This document shows, piece by piece, positions 41,985-54,373 of a stretch of 64,000 nt of DNA. The notes beneath the pieces were generated by a model that searched no databases, had not been told where the DNA came from, and was given only the letters and a program-made list of their open reading frames with translations. Position 1 is the stretch's first letter; each line of letters starts with the position of its first letter. The translations under genes were made by a program, and so were the position numbers. Origin of the DNA: Schmidtea polychroa (Eukaryota); the NCBI GenBank assembly GCA_044892525.1, contig CM097885.1, forward strand, positions 51,028,001 through 51,092,000, given 5' to 3'.

Positions 41985-42530
41985 TTTTCAATTAAAGTAA
42001 ATAATGGTCCTAAAAAATTAAATTACAGTAAATTATGGTCCAAATTTTTCAAATACAGTAATTAATGGTTCTTAAAAATTAAATTACAGTAAATTATGGT
42101 CAAAATTTTTGAATTACAGTAAATTATGGTCCAAAAAATTAAATTAAAGTAAATTATGGTCCTAAAAATTGAATTAAAGTAAATTATGGTTCTAAAAATT
42201 GAAATTACAGTAAATTATGGTCTAAAAATTAAATTACAGTAAATTATGGTCAAACATTTTAAATTACAGTAAATTATGGTCCAAATTTTTGAATTAAAGT
42301 AAAGTATGGTTCTAAAAATTAAATTACAGTAAATAATGGTTCTAAAAATTAAATTAAAGTAAATTATGGTTCTAAAATATTAAATTACAGTAAATTATGG
42401 TCCAGATTTTTCAATTAAAGTAAATAATGGTCCAAATTTTTAAATTAAAGTAAATTTAAGTTCTTAAAAATTAAATTACAGTAAACAATGGTCCAAATTT
42501 TTAAATTAAGTAATCAATGGTAAAAAATTT
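41985..42530 (+). repeat. 30-31 bp tandem repeat AAATTACAGTAAATTATGGTCCAAATTTTT
   Basis: Roughly 18 visible copies. Confidence 0.92.
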
Positions 42531-43038
42531 TAAATAAGTAACAAATACTAATAAATACTAACAACTAGATACCAAGTACCTACAACCACCTACCTATTAA
42601 CTAGCTACTAGTTACTAACAACTAGATACCAAGTACATACAACCAACATCAACCAGGTACTAAGCATTATCAACCAAGTACTAACAACCAAGTACAAGAT
42701 ACCTATTACTGTCAACTAGATACCAAACACTTACAACCAGATGACCACATGAAATTATTGTTTAAATATGAAAATAAGGATTATATTTAGTTGTTAAGTA
42801 AATTATGGTGTAAAATTAAGAAATAAAGAATAATTAGGTAAATTAAAGTTAAAAATTTTAAATAAGTAAATTAAGGTTCAAAATTTAAAATTAAAGAAAA
42901 CAATGGTTCAAATTTTAAATTAAAGCTAAATAAGTAAATTAAAGTAAGATTTTTAAATTTATTATCAAAAGATTGAATAACCACCAACTTTTTTGAGAAA
43001 TGTAATTTATAATGAAAATTTAAATGGAAATTTAAATG

Positions 43039-43092
<54 letters not shown>

Positions 43093-43519
43093 TAATAATA
43101 ATTCAACAGTTACCAACAATCGGTTACTGATTATTTTTTAACTAGGTGCTAACAAATACTTACAACATGATACCACGTACTAACTAACTCTCAAACAACC
43201 AGATACTTACAACTAACTACTAAATATTCTTCACTGTATTTTATGAAATGCTTTTTAAATTAATTTTTTATCTATCTTCAAAAATATATTTATTTACAAT
43301 CATTAGAAAAACCTTTTCAAATTTAACAAAAATGTTGATTTTCATCAAAAAACCACAACTCATCACCACGTGGAATTCAAAATAATTTTAATTACAATGA
43401 AAGACTAATGAATTCTAATTTACAAAACATTCTTCTTTTTAATGATAACTACTGACTTATTATTGCAAAGTAAAAATCGCATTCAATAAATACTTATTGT
43501 TGATCAGTTTTATTATATA

Positions 43520-45736
43520 TACTCTTAGTCTATCCGACAGGATGTTTTGACCCCCTAAGGGTACAGGTCGTAAGGGTACTGGTCGTATGGGTATTAGTCG
43601 TAAGGGTACTGGTCGTAAGGGTACTGGTCGTAAAGGTACTAGTCGTAGGGGTATTGGTAACACTCAACCACAACCTACCCATTAACTAGATACCAAGTAC
43701 TAACCACTAGGTTTCAAACAACTACTACTAACAACCACCATCAAAACCCATCGAGAAATTAACAAATATCAACCTACAACTATATAACAACAATCAGTAA
43801 ACAACACTGTACCAACTACCAAATACAAAATATTCTTCATCGCATACACTATTTTCTTATCAAAATCTAAAAAGTCAACCAACTACTTACAACCAACAAC
43901 TATGTACTAACAAATTGATCTTTAAAAGCAAATACTCTTCACTTGAAAAATTGGATGAAAAATTATTTGAACTCAAGGCATCAATAACTAGGTAAAAATT
44001 GATTAAATTATTGTAAAAAATTTAAATTATTCGAAATAAATATCATAAAAATTTAATTAATGGACAAGAAAAAAATTCTAATCATCCAGTAAATAAAATA
44101 AAATACTGATCATTCAAGTTGAATCAACTAAGTTAATAAATTAATAAAATTTTAAATAAAATCTAGTAAATAATTGATTTAGATTGAATAAATTAATTGA
44201 AATAAAATTAATTTTAATTATTTTTGTAAAAGTAATACATGTACTCAAATTGATTGACTGATTTCTCAATATATTCAAAAAATCAGTATAAATTCATTAC
44301 AAATATTGGATGAAAAATTAATTGAACTCAAGACATCAATAACTTTGTAAAAATTGATTAAATAATTGTAAAAATTTAAAATTTTCAAAATAAATGTCAT
44401 AAAAATGTAATTAATGGACAAGAAAGAACTTTAAATTCTAGTCATTGATCATTCAAGTTAATATGAATCAACTAAGATAATAAATTAATAAGAATTCTGA
44501 AATAAGATCTAGTAGATAATTGATTTAGATTGAATAAATTAATTGAAATAAAATTAATTTTAATTATTTTTTTAAAAGTAATACATGTACTCAAATTGAT
44601 TGACTGATTTCTCAATATATTCAAAAAATCAGTATAAATTCATTACAATTATCAAAGTCAGCAATCTACAATAAAAATAATTATCATTAAATTCCAAAAG
44701 AGACTAGATAACTAATGATAACATCTAACAAACCAGTAAATTCATTTAAATGACAATAATTGGTATATCCAAGTGAATTCTCCAATAAAATCATCTAAAA
44801 AGCATCAAATTTCCCTGAAATAACTATATCTTTTAAGATTAGTATCTTATCGATAAGTACTTGTTAAAGATCATATATTCACCTCAAACTAACAAGATTC
44901 CTTAAAATACCTTAAATGACTATATTTCAACCCTTAATTCATATTATTATTACAAATATCATCTAAAAAGCATCAAATTTCCCTGAAATAACTATCTTTA
45001 AAGATTAGTATTTTATCGATAAATATCCTTAAAAGGTTATATATTTACCTCAGACTAATAAGATTGCTTAAAATCCCCTTTAAATGACTTTAATTCCTAG
45101 TATCACGAATATTATAAAACATGTAAAATAATTTGGTCATTAACCCTAAATAATTGATAAAATCTAATGATAAAACCGGTTATAATTAACTTTTTGTTAA
45201 TCACTGTACTCGAAATTTAAAATAAATATAACTGACTAGGTCCCATTAAAAGATTAAATTTATCCATTCAATAAAATATATTTCTTCAAATGATCATTTT
45301 ACCGATATTCAACCGATTTAATTACTAATTAAAATCAATCGATAGATTTCTTTCAATAAAGATCAATTTTATTTAGTTGTTGTTGATGTTTTAAGTCCAT
45401 ATTTCTCAACTTTTGTCATTCTCCGTCTAAATAAAGATAAAAATAATTTAAAGTTGATATGAATCCCAATTATCTGTAAAGTTTTCATTGTCAAAACCAA
45501 GTAAATCGATCATTATCCCTACTTAATAAAACATAAGTCTAAATTAATATACAATGGATTAATCCAAACCTAATAAAACGATATAATTTCACATTATTAT
45601 TGATTCATAACTGACTAATGTATTGCAATTTCCCTTAAAACATTGATATTTTACCAACATCACCCTTAAAAAAATCATATATTCCCATCTTAACCCATCC
45701 TTCATTAAATTCAATCGACTATATCTCCCTTACAAT
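43520..45736 (-). mobile_element. One arm of a non-autonomous TIR element that hosted the LTR insertion
   Basis: Terminus TACTCTTAGTCTATCCGACAG plus 15-bp GTCGTAAGGGTACTG repeats; matches the terminus at ~55637. Internal tandem duplications at ~43950-44650 and ~44790-45090. Confidence 0.6.
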
Positions 45737-46600
45737 TGTTGGGTTTTTAATGCAAGTCGGTACTACGGTCTGACTCCTTTGTGTTCTTTTCCAAATAAAT
45801 AAATAAACAAATAACCCAACACAAAATCTTTATTGACACTGATGCAGTTACACTTTTACACTTGTATTAGTTTACTCACACTTGATACAATCAGGTTTTG
45901 TCTGCACTTTTCAATTGCCAACAAATCTCACGCAGGGGTAGATCTTCCAACGGGAGATATCCCTTTCTGGTACGTTCGATTTTTTTTTATATGGTTTACT
46001 TTCGACTAACTTTGATATTTCCTTTTTCACTCTCGTCAACTTCTGTTTTCTTTTCTTCGACCAACTGGCATTTTGTTTTCTTGTCAGTTGCTTTTATACT
46101 CGCTTGTTAATTGACTTTATTTTTGCCAATTATTTTTGGTTTTATTTCCCCCGGGCTTCCTATTGGAGGTCTAATTTAATTGAAGGGAATTTGCTCATTT
46201 CCTTTGACGGCGCTTTTTATCCGGCTAAATTAATTGCCTTCCCGAAATTGGATTTCTCAATTCGCTCGGGTTTTCCATTGTATCGGGTTTCTCATTAGCT
46301 CGGGTTCTCCATTAGCTCGGGTTTCCCATTAGCTCGGGTTTTCCATTAGTTAATTAATTTTTAATTAATTTTTGTTTTTTGTAATTTATTCCTTTTAGGG
46401 ACCCCCCATTGATTTTATTTTATTATAGCTGAACTCGTCTCATTATTTAGCATCCGCCCATACCAGTTTCCCCCAGAAAATATTCATTTTTAAAATTTTG
46501 ATTTTTTAATTAATATTTTGTACTTTAAATTTTTATTTTGAATTTGGTGTTTTTATCAATTTTCACCTCATTTTTGTGCCTCTTTTGTTGAACCCCAACA
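45737..46600 (-). repeat. 3' LTR of the Ty3/gypsy element (864 bp)
   Basis: TGTTGGG...CCCAACA termini; near-identical reverse complement of 56941-57804; preceded on the minus strand by a PPT. Confidence 0.95.
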
Positions 46601-46615
46601 TATCTCCCCCCTTTT
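46601..46615 (-). other. Polypurine tract
   Basis: Minus strand AAAAGGGGGGAGATA abutting TGTTGGGG. Confidence 0.9.
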
Positions 46616-46669
46616 ATTTAGATTCGACCTCGAATCTGCATGTATATAATAAGTCTAATTTACCATTAT

Positions 46670-46828
46670 AAATAATAATGTTACTAATAACAATAATAAT
46701 GACGATAATAATACTACCGATAATAATAACAATAATTCCTACCGATAACAATAATAACGATAATAACAATAATAGCAATAATTATTATATCTAATTATTA
46801 TATCTAATTATTATATTATGATTTTTTT

Positions 46829-46891
<63 letters not shown>

Positions 46892-46893
46892 GC

Positions 46894-46932
<39 letters not shown>

Positions 46933-46992
46933 GACAATAATAATACTAATAATAATAATAACAACAACAATACTAATAACAATATTCATAAT

Positions 46993-47049
<57 letters not shown>

Positions 47050-47080
47050 CAACAACAATAATAATAATTATTATTATTAT
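46670..47080 (+). repeat. Degenerate (AAT)n tracts
   Basis: Directly visible. Confidence 0.9.
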
Positions 47081-47538
47081 ATCAATTTTTCTTTTTCTTG
47101 CAATTTTGTAAATCTCGAACTCATTTTACTAATGAGCAACAAATTTAATTGCAGTTGAGGGCAATCAATTAAATATTATCAAATTATTGTTTGAATTCCT
47201 TTCTCAATTTCATATTTGCATTACCCACTGATTCTATCTAATTGCAGAAATTATTGATATGGTCAATCAAATTGAATTTTTTTCATATCTACAATTTGGA
47301 CAACTAATTCAAGGGTAATTTAATTTTGTTTCGCAAAATAGATTTATTTCTTTCTTCTTTCAGTTCTTACACGAGATAAGGAGAAAGCCAATCAAAAGCC
47401 TCCGAACGCACCGAAGCCGCGGAAATCCTCGGTACGACTCGTAGTTTGATTTGAATGGTTGGTGAATAATTTATTAATAAGTAAGGGATTTTATTTATTT
47501 CTTCATATTTTTAACCATTTTCTATTAACTATTGTGAT

Positions 47539-48124
47539 GTGCAACAAAATGAGAAAAAGATTATTACTGGAGATCAATGTTCTGGGGGTGCATTCAATTC
47601 TAATCCGTTTAACAAATTATGCTACTTCTCTGAGAAGCACCCAAAAATTACTTTGGAATCCATTAATCAACTAAGAAAACACGGCGAATTATGTGACGTA
47701 GCCTTGATTGTTGGTCAACAAAAAAATCTTAGTCCATAGAATTGTGTTATCTGCATGTAGTCCTTATTTTAAAGCTATGTTTACTGGCGAATTATCTGAA
47801 TCACTACAAAATGAAGTAATTAACTATTTGGTTATCTTTATCAAACGATATTAGGTAACATTAAGGGATATCGATGAACGTGCTGTTGAAGCATTGGTAG
47901 AATTTTGTTATACATCTCAAATTGTTATTGAAGAGTGGAATGTACAGTGTTTACTACCAGCTGCTTGTTTATTACAATTATCAGAAATTCAAGATGTTTG
48001 TTGTGAATTTTTAAAACAGCAGCTTGATCCATCTAATTGCTTAGGTATCCGAGCCTTTGCTGATACTCATGCTTGTAATGACTTATTAACCATTGCTGAT
48101 AAATTTACACACCATAATTTTCAA
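47539..48124 (+). pseudogene. KLHL20: Kelch-like BTB/BACK gene fragment (KLHL20/diablo-like)
   Basis: [24 protein letters not shown]...[20 protein letters not shown]...[10 protein letters not shown]...[17 protein letters not shown]...HNFQ. Frameshift in the A-run at ~47720; 39-nt GT-AG intron 47816-47854; no kelch repeats follow. Confidence 0.85.
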
Positions 48125-48911
48125 GTACACTTTATTTATTATTACCTCAAGATCGTCCTCTTATGCAGGTGGATAAATTTTTTTTTTTTTTTTTGTTAAT
48201 ATAAACTTATATCGATTATTTATTATATTGTGTAAAATAACTTTCAGATTCTTTGATGATTTAATACAATAAATTGAAACATATACTTAAAATTAATTAT
48301 CGCAATTGTCACTGTATTAACTGGAAATCGAAAATCTATTTCCAACTTAAAATGGTGCGTCGAAACATGAATATTGTTGATTTCGAAGCGAGTATGAAAC
48401 CATGAAGTATGTAGATATTAATTAATATAATTTTGTTGATTTTTTTACACTATTTGAAATTCAATTGTCATGGGCCAATTTTATAAAATTATATTTAGTT
48501 ATCAAAGCAAAATAGTCTATACTCAAATTTTATGCCTAGATATAAATAAATGGTTTTGGATAAATAAATATAGATATAGAGACACCGAGATACACAGAGA
48601 AACTTATAACCAAATGTAGATTTAGATACGATATAGTTCCATTTATTCATAAACGATTTCAATGGAAAAATTAATGACTACTGACAACCACACATTTCCA
48701 ATTGTTGTCCAGGGTAGCCAAACTCCGACAATTGGAAACGTGTTTGTTGTTATACACAATAATAAGTTTATTTATTTATTTAATCATTTATTTACTCTCA
48801 ATTATTTACTTATTTATTCTTATTTTGGGGTCTAACTGATGCGCTGTCAATAAATACATGAGACAAAATCGAGTTCACAATTATTTATTTTATAAATACA
48901 ATATATAAAAA

Positions 48912-50381
48912 TTAATCCATCTTTATTTCTAATCGTTTCGTTTCATGCCGATATCGTATTATTGTTTCTTCGCGTTCATATACTACACCATTGACAGTAA
49001 CAGTGTCTCCGACATCAATGTTCGAAGTTGTTTTTCTCTTTTTGGATTTTCTACATTCTGGCATTGGACCATATTCAAGTGTTGGATGTATCCTTATCAT
49101 CGAAATGCTTTCCATTAATGCGACACCTTCTTCCGCAATTTCTAAGAATGATTCATTGGCCCACTTCAATTGAATCAATGGATTTTCACTATCCATCGTC
49201 ACATTCTCCTCGAATGTTAAATCAATTTCTTCAGATTCCATTACATCTTCAATTGGAATTTGCGTTAGTTTTTCTGGTATTGCAGTTGATGTTGATTCAA
49301 TTTCCCGAAGCTTCTTATATTTGTCCCACGAATATCGCTTTGACGGTTGATTTTTGGGCATCGGTATGTCATCAATCCATTGACTTTCTACTTTCTGGTA
49401 TACCTTGCGTATACTTTTCACGTCCTCGAGAGCCGAATGAATACTCATCTGAGTCTGTTCTCCACATATTTCTTTCACCACTGTTTGTAGTTTGAACCAT
49501 TCTCCCCTTATGGTTACTCCCATGTTCTGAAGTATTGGTGCTGCTGCTAGATCTCGAATGCCGTACAATTGTTCAATCCATATCCCCAAGTATTGTAATT
49601 CTGCATGTAAATCATGGCCGATCAATATCTTGCCCACTGTCAAGCGTTGAATTTCTTTTATTGCCACGTATTGATCACATTGGTTCCTGCTAGCCACTTC
49701 TGTAATTCCATGGATCCTTGAATTAAAATGTCGGATTTTTCCTCTTGGAGTGAGGTATACATCTTTTACTACTTTTCCATAATAATTCATAATTGCTATT
49801 GCTAAAGGGATCATTTTCCCTTGCTCTGATGTGCCATATTCAGCATCAATGAATAATATTCTATTGCGGATTTCTTCTAGATCCATTTCTTTTCTGAGAA
49901 ACGACATTTTCCTTTTCAACATTTCTTTCGAAATTTTCATTAACATTGGATCTTCTCTTGCACTTGGCTGCATCTGCGGAACTTCGTTCGCTTCATTTTC
50001 GATTCTGATTTCCACTACCATGGTTGTTTCTTCATTCGCTGCTCGTAACGTTCTCCACATGAAGTCTCTCTGCAGCTTCCACGACGTAAATTTTTTTAGT
50101 TCCCAACACACTTTGTTGTCATTCGTCAGTACCTCAACGGTACCCTTGATCACATGTAGATGATATTCTTCCTTCTGAGACAACTCAATTTCATCTGTCA
50201 ATTTCAATTCTGAATTTCTCCTTATTGTAAACATTCGTATCTTCATTCTTCTGTCATCTATCCGCAAATAATTTGGAATTTGTAAATTTTCATTGATTTC
50301 GTATAATTGTTGGCTGGCATGATTTTTCTGCATCTTGAAGTAACTGTCGTAGGTGGATCTTGCCAACTGTATTTGTTCCAT
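48912..50381 (-). CDS. DEDDh 3'-5' exonuclease (REX4/ISG20-like) carried by the retroelement
   Basis: FIDAEY (ExoI), IHGIT, LIGHDLHAEL (ExoII), HSALEDV (ExoIII); intact 489 aa. Confidence 0.88.
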   Translation of the reverse strand: MEQIQLARSTYDSYFKMQKNHASQQLYEINENLQIPNYLRIDDRRMKIRMFTIRRNSELKLTDEIELSQKEEYHLHVIKGTVEVLTNDNKVCWELKKFTSWKLQRDFMWRTLRAANEETTMVVEIRIENEANEVPQMQPSAREDPMLMKISKEMLKRKMSFLRKEMDLEEIRNRILFIDAEYGTSEQGKMIPLAIAIMNYYGKVVKDVYLTPRGKIRHFNSRIHGITEVASRNQCDQYVAIKEIQRLTVGKILIGHDLHAELQYLGIWIEQLYGIRDLAAAPILQNMGVTIRGEWFKLQTVVKEICGEQTQMSIHSALEDVKSIRKVYQKVESQWIDDIPMPKNQPSKRYSWDKYKKLREIESTSTAIPEKLTQIPIEDVMESEEIDLTFEENVTMDSENPLIQLKWANESFLEIAEEGVALMESISMIRIHPTLEYGPMPECRKSKKRKTTSNIDVGDTVTVNGVVYEREETIIRYRHETKRLEIKMD

Positions 50382-50810
50382 TTTTTTCTACAATAGTCAT
50401 ATAATTAAAATTTGAAGTTAATTTAATTTTAACACTAGGGTGAGATGGGGTACCCAAAGGATACCGTCCCACCGACTAGTTATATAAATAAATAATAATA
50501 ATTACCGTTTAGTTAATTTATTGATATTTTTTTTTTTTTTTTAATTAATGGAGTTTAATGGATTTTACCCTCTTTTAATACCCTTATGAAAATTCCCTTA
50601 ACCCCGTTTTTCTCTCCCCCTTAACACAGCGCTAACCAATCAAATTGATTCTTTCCGTTGACATTGAAAAGTGCAGATTCACAAGTAAAATAAAATGAAA
50701 TATTGATCATATCCATAATGAAATAAATATTAATAATATCCATAAAATATTTATACTATATTACTACTACTACTTTATCAATTTTTTGCATGCAAAGTAT
50801 TTATGTCTTA

Positions 50811-53800
50811 CTACACAAATGTTTCTTCATAAACGATCCAAGGTCTCGCAATCTCGGATCGATTCGTAGAAGGTTTGGGTATTGTTCGAAATTCAATTAG
50901 CACAATGATAATGAGAATAATGAGAGAGATTGTTATAATGAGAGTAGTTATTAATAATGTTACACACACAATTTCACTGTCAGTTTTTAATGACGATATG
51001 GTTTTGTTATTAGTCATTGACTCATTGATGCTAGAAAAGATGATTACGTTGACAGAGCTAGGGGTTCGGTTGGACTGATTTGATTTGTTTCGATTTCCAT
51101 ACTGCGAGTTAATAGATGGAATTTGCACAATTTTATTTTCCACTAATGTTAATTGCCATAAATTTGAAAATAGAGAACGTCTATAGTATTTTATTTTAAT
51201 GAACACAAATTTTGACGTCGATATTGGTGAACGTTGACGAAAAGTTAATATTTGAGATTTATTTTTTTCATTTAATATCGATTGAATTTTTCCATAATAA
51301 TATAAAATAGCTTTTTGATTGGGCTCCGCTTGTCGGGTAACATTCACTAATTGATTGAAAATATGAAAAGTAACCCGATTTGTTTCATTAACTAATCGTA
51401 TCATATGTTGACTAGAGTGTATTCTGATCCATTGACTATCAATTTCAGTTCCGTTTTCATATAAAGATTTTTCATAATAATGAATCAGAATATTATAGTT
51501 ATGATGTAATTTTAAATTTGCATACTTTATAAAGGGTTTTCTGCTATTCAATGTATCTATCGCATAATTTTGAAAAACTGCTTTTACTTGTTGGGATTCC
51601 TGGGGTTCCCAATATATGTCAATTCCATTTACCAGTGGTTCAATTGATACTCGATTATGTAATCTCTTTGTCCAAATATTAATACGTATAAGATTTTGTA
51701 TTTTTGTATTATTACTTTTCGAATCCAATTGCGTAATTAACCAAGGGTATTCATAATTCATTGTTAATTGTCTAGCCACATAAATATTTTTGGTGCTGTT
51801 CAATTTTATTGGGGGTTCGAAATAGTTTATTAGATTATCTATCTCTATTTCTTCTGCTCCTCCAGCATAATAAACCCAAACTATTTGAGTACATGTTGAA
51901 TAAATATGAACTTTGTCTAATAATACAACTGTATTAGTTGCATATAACGGGAATACTCTCACTGCATTTACTGACATTATATTGATAATCATTACTGTTG
52001 TAATCAATAAAACTTTATTGATGTAACTCAATGGAGCAGGGTTTTTTGTAAACTTTTGTTTAATTACTGGGTTCCCTGCATCTTTATTTGGTTTTGATCT
52101 CAATGGATAACGTGATTCATCTTCTATTATCTTCTTGCATCTGTTTACATGAACGATGATTGTCCCAGCCTTTTTATTGTTTTGTGGACGCAATTTTAAG
52201 TTAGTCTCTGTCGTATCACACACTAGATATGGTCCTTTAAACGGTCGTTGCAATTTCGTTGACAAGCCTTTTGTTGGTTCTGGTTTGTTTATATATACGA
52301 GATCTCCAATTTTAATGTCATGCGCCCGTGCGCGTTTATCATAGCATTCTTTATACGCTTCTTGATGATGCCTTATGTTAAGTCCAGCTTGGATCCATAC
52401 TGACTGTAGTCTTTCATGCATAGCTATTTTATAATCTGACACATCCATATATTGGGAAATAGGTGACTGAAATTCTAGATCGACTGGCATATTGTTTCGC
52501 CGTAGATACATGAGATAAAAGGGTGTTTCTCCAGTGCTTTCATTTACTGCATTCCGGTATGCAAATAGGCATGGTTTAATGAATAAATCCCAATCCTTTT
52601 GTTTCCTATTTACATAGGATGATATCATATTAATTAGTGTCCCATTAAATCTTTCAACTAGACCATCTGTTTGTGGATGATATGGTGAGGTACTAAGTTT
52701 TAATATACCAAATAAATCTGTGATTGATTTAAATAATTCACTCTGAAAATTTGTTCCTTGATCTGTAAGTAATTTCTTTGGTGCTCCGTATCGAAAAATA
52801 ATATTCTCCACAAATATTTTCGCAACTGTTTCTGCTTTCTGATTTGGCATTGCATAAGCTTCTGGCCATTTAGTAAGATAATCGCAAAAAACGATAATGT
52901 ATTTGTTGCCATTTGTTGTTTCCGGCAATGGACCAACGATGTCCATTGCTGTCATTTCCATTGGCGCCTTTGGCACTGGCATAGGCTTAAGCGGAACTTT
53001 TATTTTCCGTCCCGTATTTCGTCTTGTTAGGCATATCTCACACGTATGACACCATTGTCTGACATCTTGTTCCATCGTTTTCCAATAATATTTCTGTTTC
53101 AATCTTGATAATGTTTTTCGCGCTGATAAATGCCCTCCTAATGCTCCATCGTGATACAACAACAGCAATGCTTTTCGATGTTTTGTCGGAACAATAATTA
53201 ACAAATTTTCATTTTGTACACATTTTAACAAACCATCATGAATAATGTATTTATGGTTCTCTTCGGCAATATGTTTCCAGTCACTCTCCTTTTTGATTGA
53301 GACAGCATGTTGACGTAACTGATTTAATTCCTCGTCATTTTCCTGATCATCTTGTAATTTTTCGATATTATTTACCGTTTTAATTGCCAAGAATATTGTA
53401 TTTTCGCAATTTTTCTCATCTTGATCAACATTATTTTCTACGGGTATTCTCGACATAGCATCCGCATTTGCATTTGATTTTCCTGTACGATACTTTATCT
53501 CGAAATCATATTCTTGTAACGCAATTGACCACCTAATTAATTTACTGGCCGAATCTCTGTGCTTCATTAGCCATTGTAACGGATTGTGATCTGTAAAGAC
53601 GACAAATTTTCTGCCCACTAGATATTGTCGAAAAGTAGTTATCCCATATACCAATGCTAACGTTTCCTTTTCGATTGTTGAATAATTCTTTTCATGAGGT
53701 TTCAATGATCTGCTGGCATAAGCAATTACATGATCTTTTTCCCCTTCTACTTGCTGTCCTAATACCGCGCCTAATGCGAAATTACTGGCATCTGTCATTA

Positions 53801-54372
53801 ATATAAACGGTTTTTTAAAGTTCGGACATCTTAATATCGGCTGTTTTATTAAGCTTTCTTTGAGTTTATCAAACGCTTCTTGCTGAGCTGTTGTCCATTT
53901 AAATTTTGCTTGCTTTTTCAATAACATGTTCAAAGGTTGTGCTACGTGTGAGAAACTTTTAATAAACTTTCTGTAATAACTGGCTAATCCCAGAAATTGT
54001 CGAACCTGATCTACATCCTTGGGAATAGGATATTTCCCAATTTTTTCTACATTTTCTGGATTTGGTTGCAACCCTCGACGCGAAATGATATGACCCACAT
54101 AAACGACTTCAGATTTCCCCCATTCACATTTGGAGGGTTTTATTTTTAAGTTTGCTTCTAAAAATCGCTTGAATACTGTTTCCACATCCTGCAAATGTTC
54201 CTGAAAACTATTCGAAAATATTATAATATCGTCAATATACACTAATGCATGTGGTATATCGCGCAAAACAAAATTCATACCTCTCTGAAATGTAGCAGGT
54301 GCTCCTGTTAATCCGAATGGTAACACGTTATACTCATATAAACCCTTCCCATCTGAAAATGCAGTTTTCCTT
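50811..54372 (-). CDS. pol: Pol (partial RT, RNase H, integrase) with a fused ~400-aa membrane protein
   Basis: LPFGL, YIDD, TDAS, TDH, HHCC, D-D-E (MDIVGP/TDQG/VERFN), GPY; then a signal-like segment, an ectodomain and a TM helix. Confidence 0.95.
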
Positions 54373-54373
54373 C

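Larger units (their letters stand above)
45737..54372 (-). mobile_element. 3' half of the Ty3/gypsy element (RT-RH-IN, exonuclease ORF, long 3' region, PPT, LTR)
   Basis: Domain order RT-RNase H-integrase; begins abruptly inside RT at RKTAF (~54372). Confidence 0.92.

Noticed and set aside
40970..42530. CRISPR-like array
   Set aside because: No unique spacers, eukaryotic context, no cas genes.
43460..43663. (PVPLR)n ORF
   Set aside because: Translation of a 15-bp subterminal repeat.
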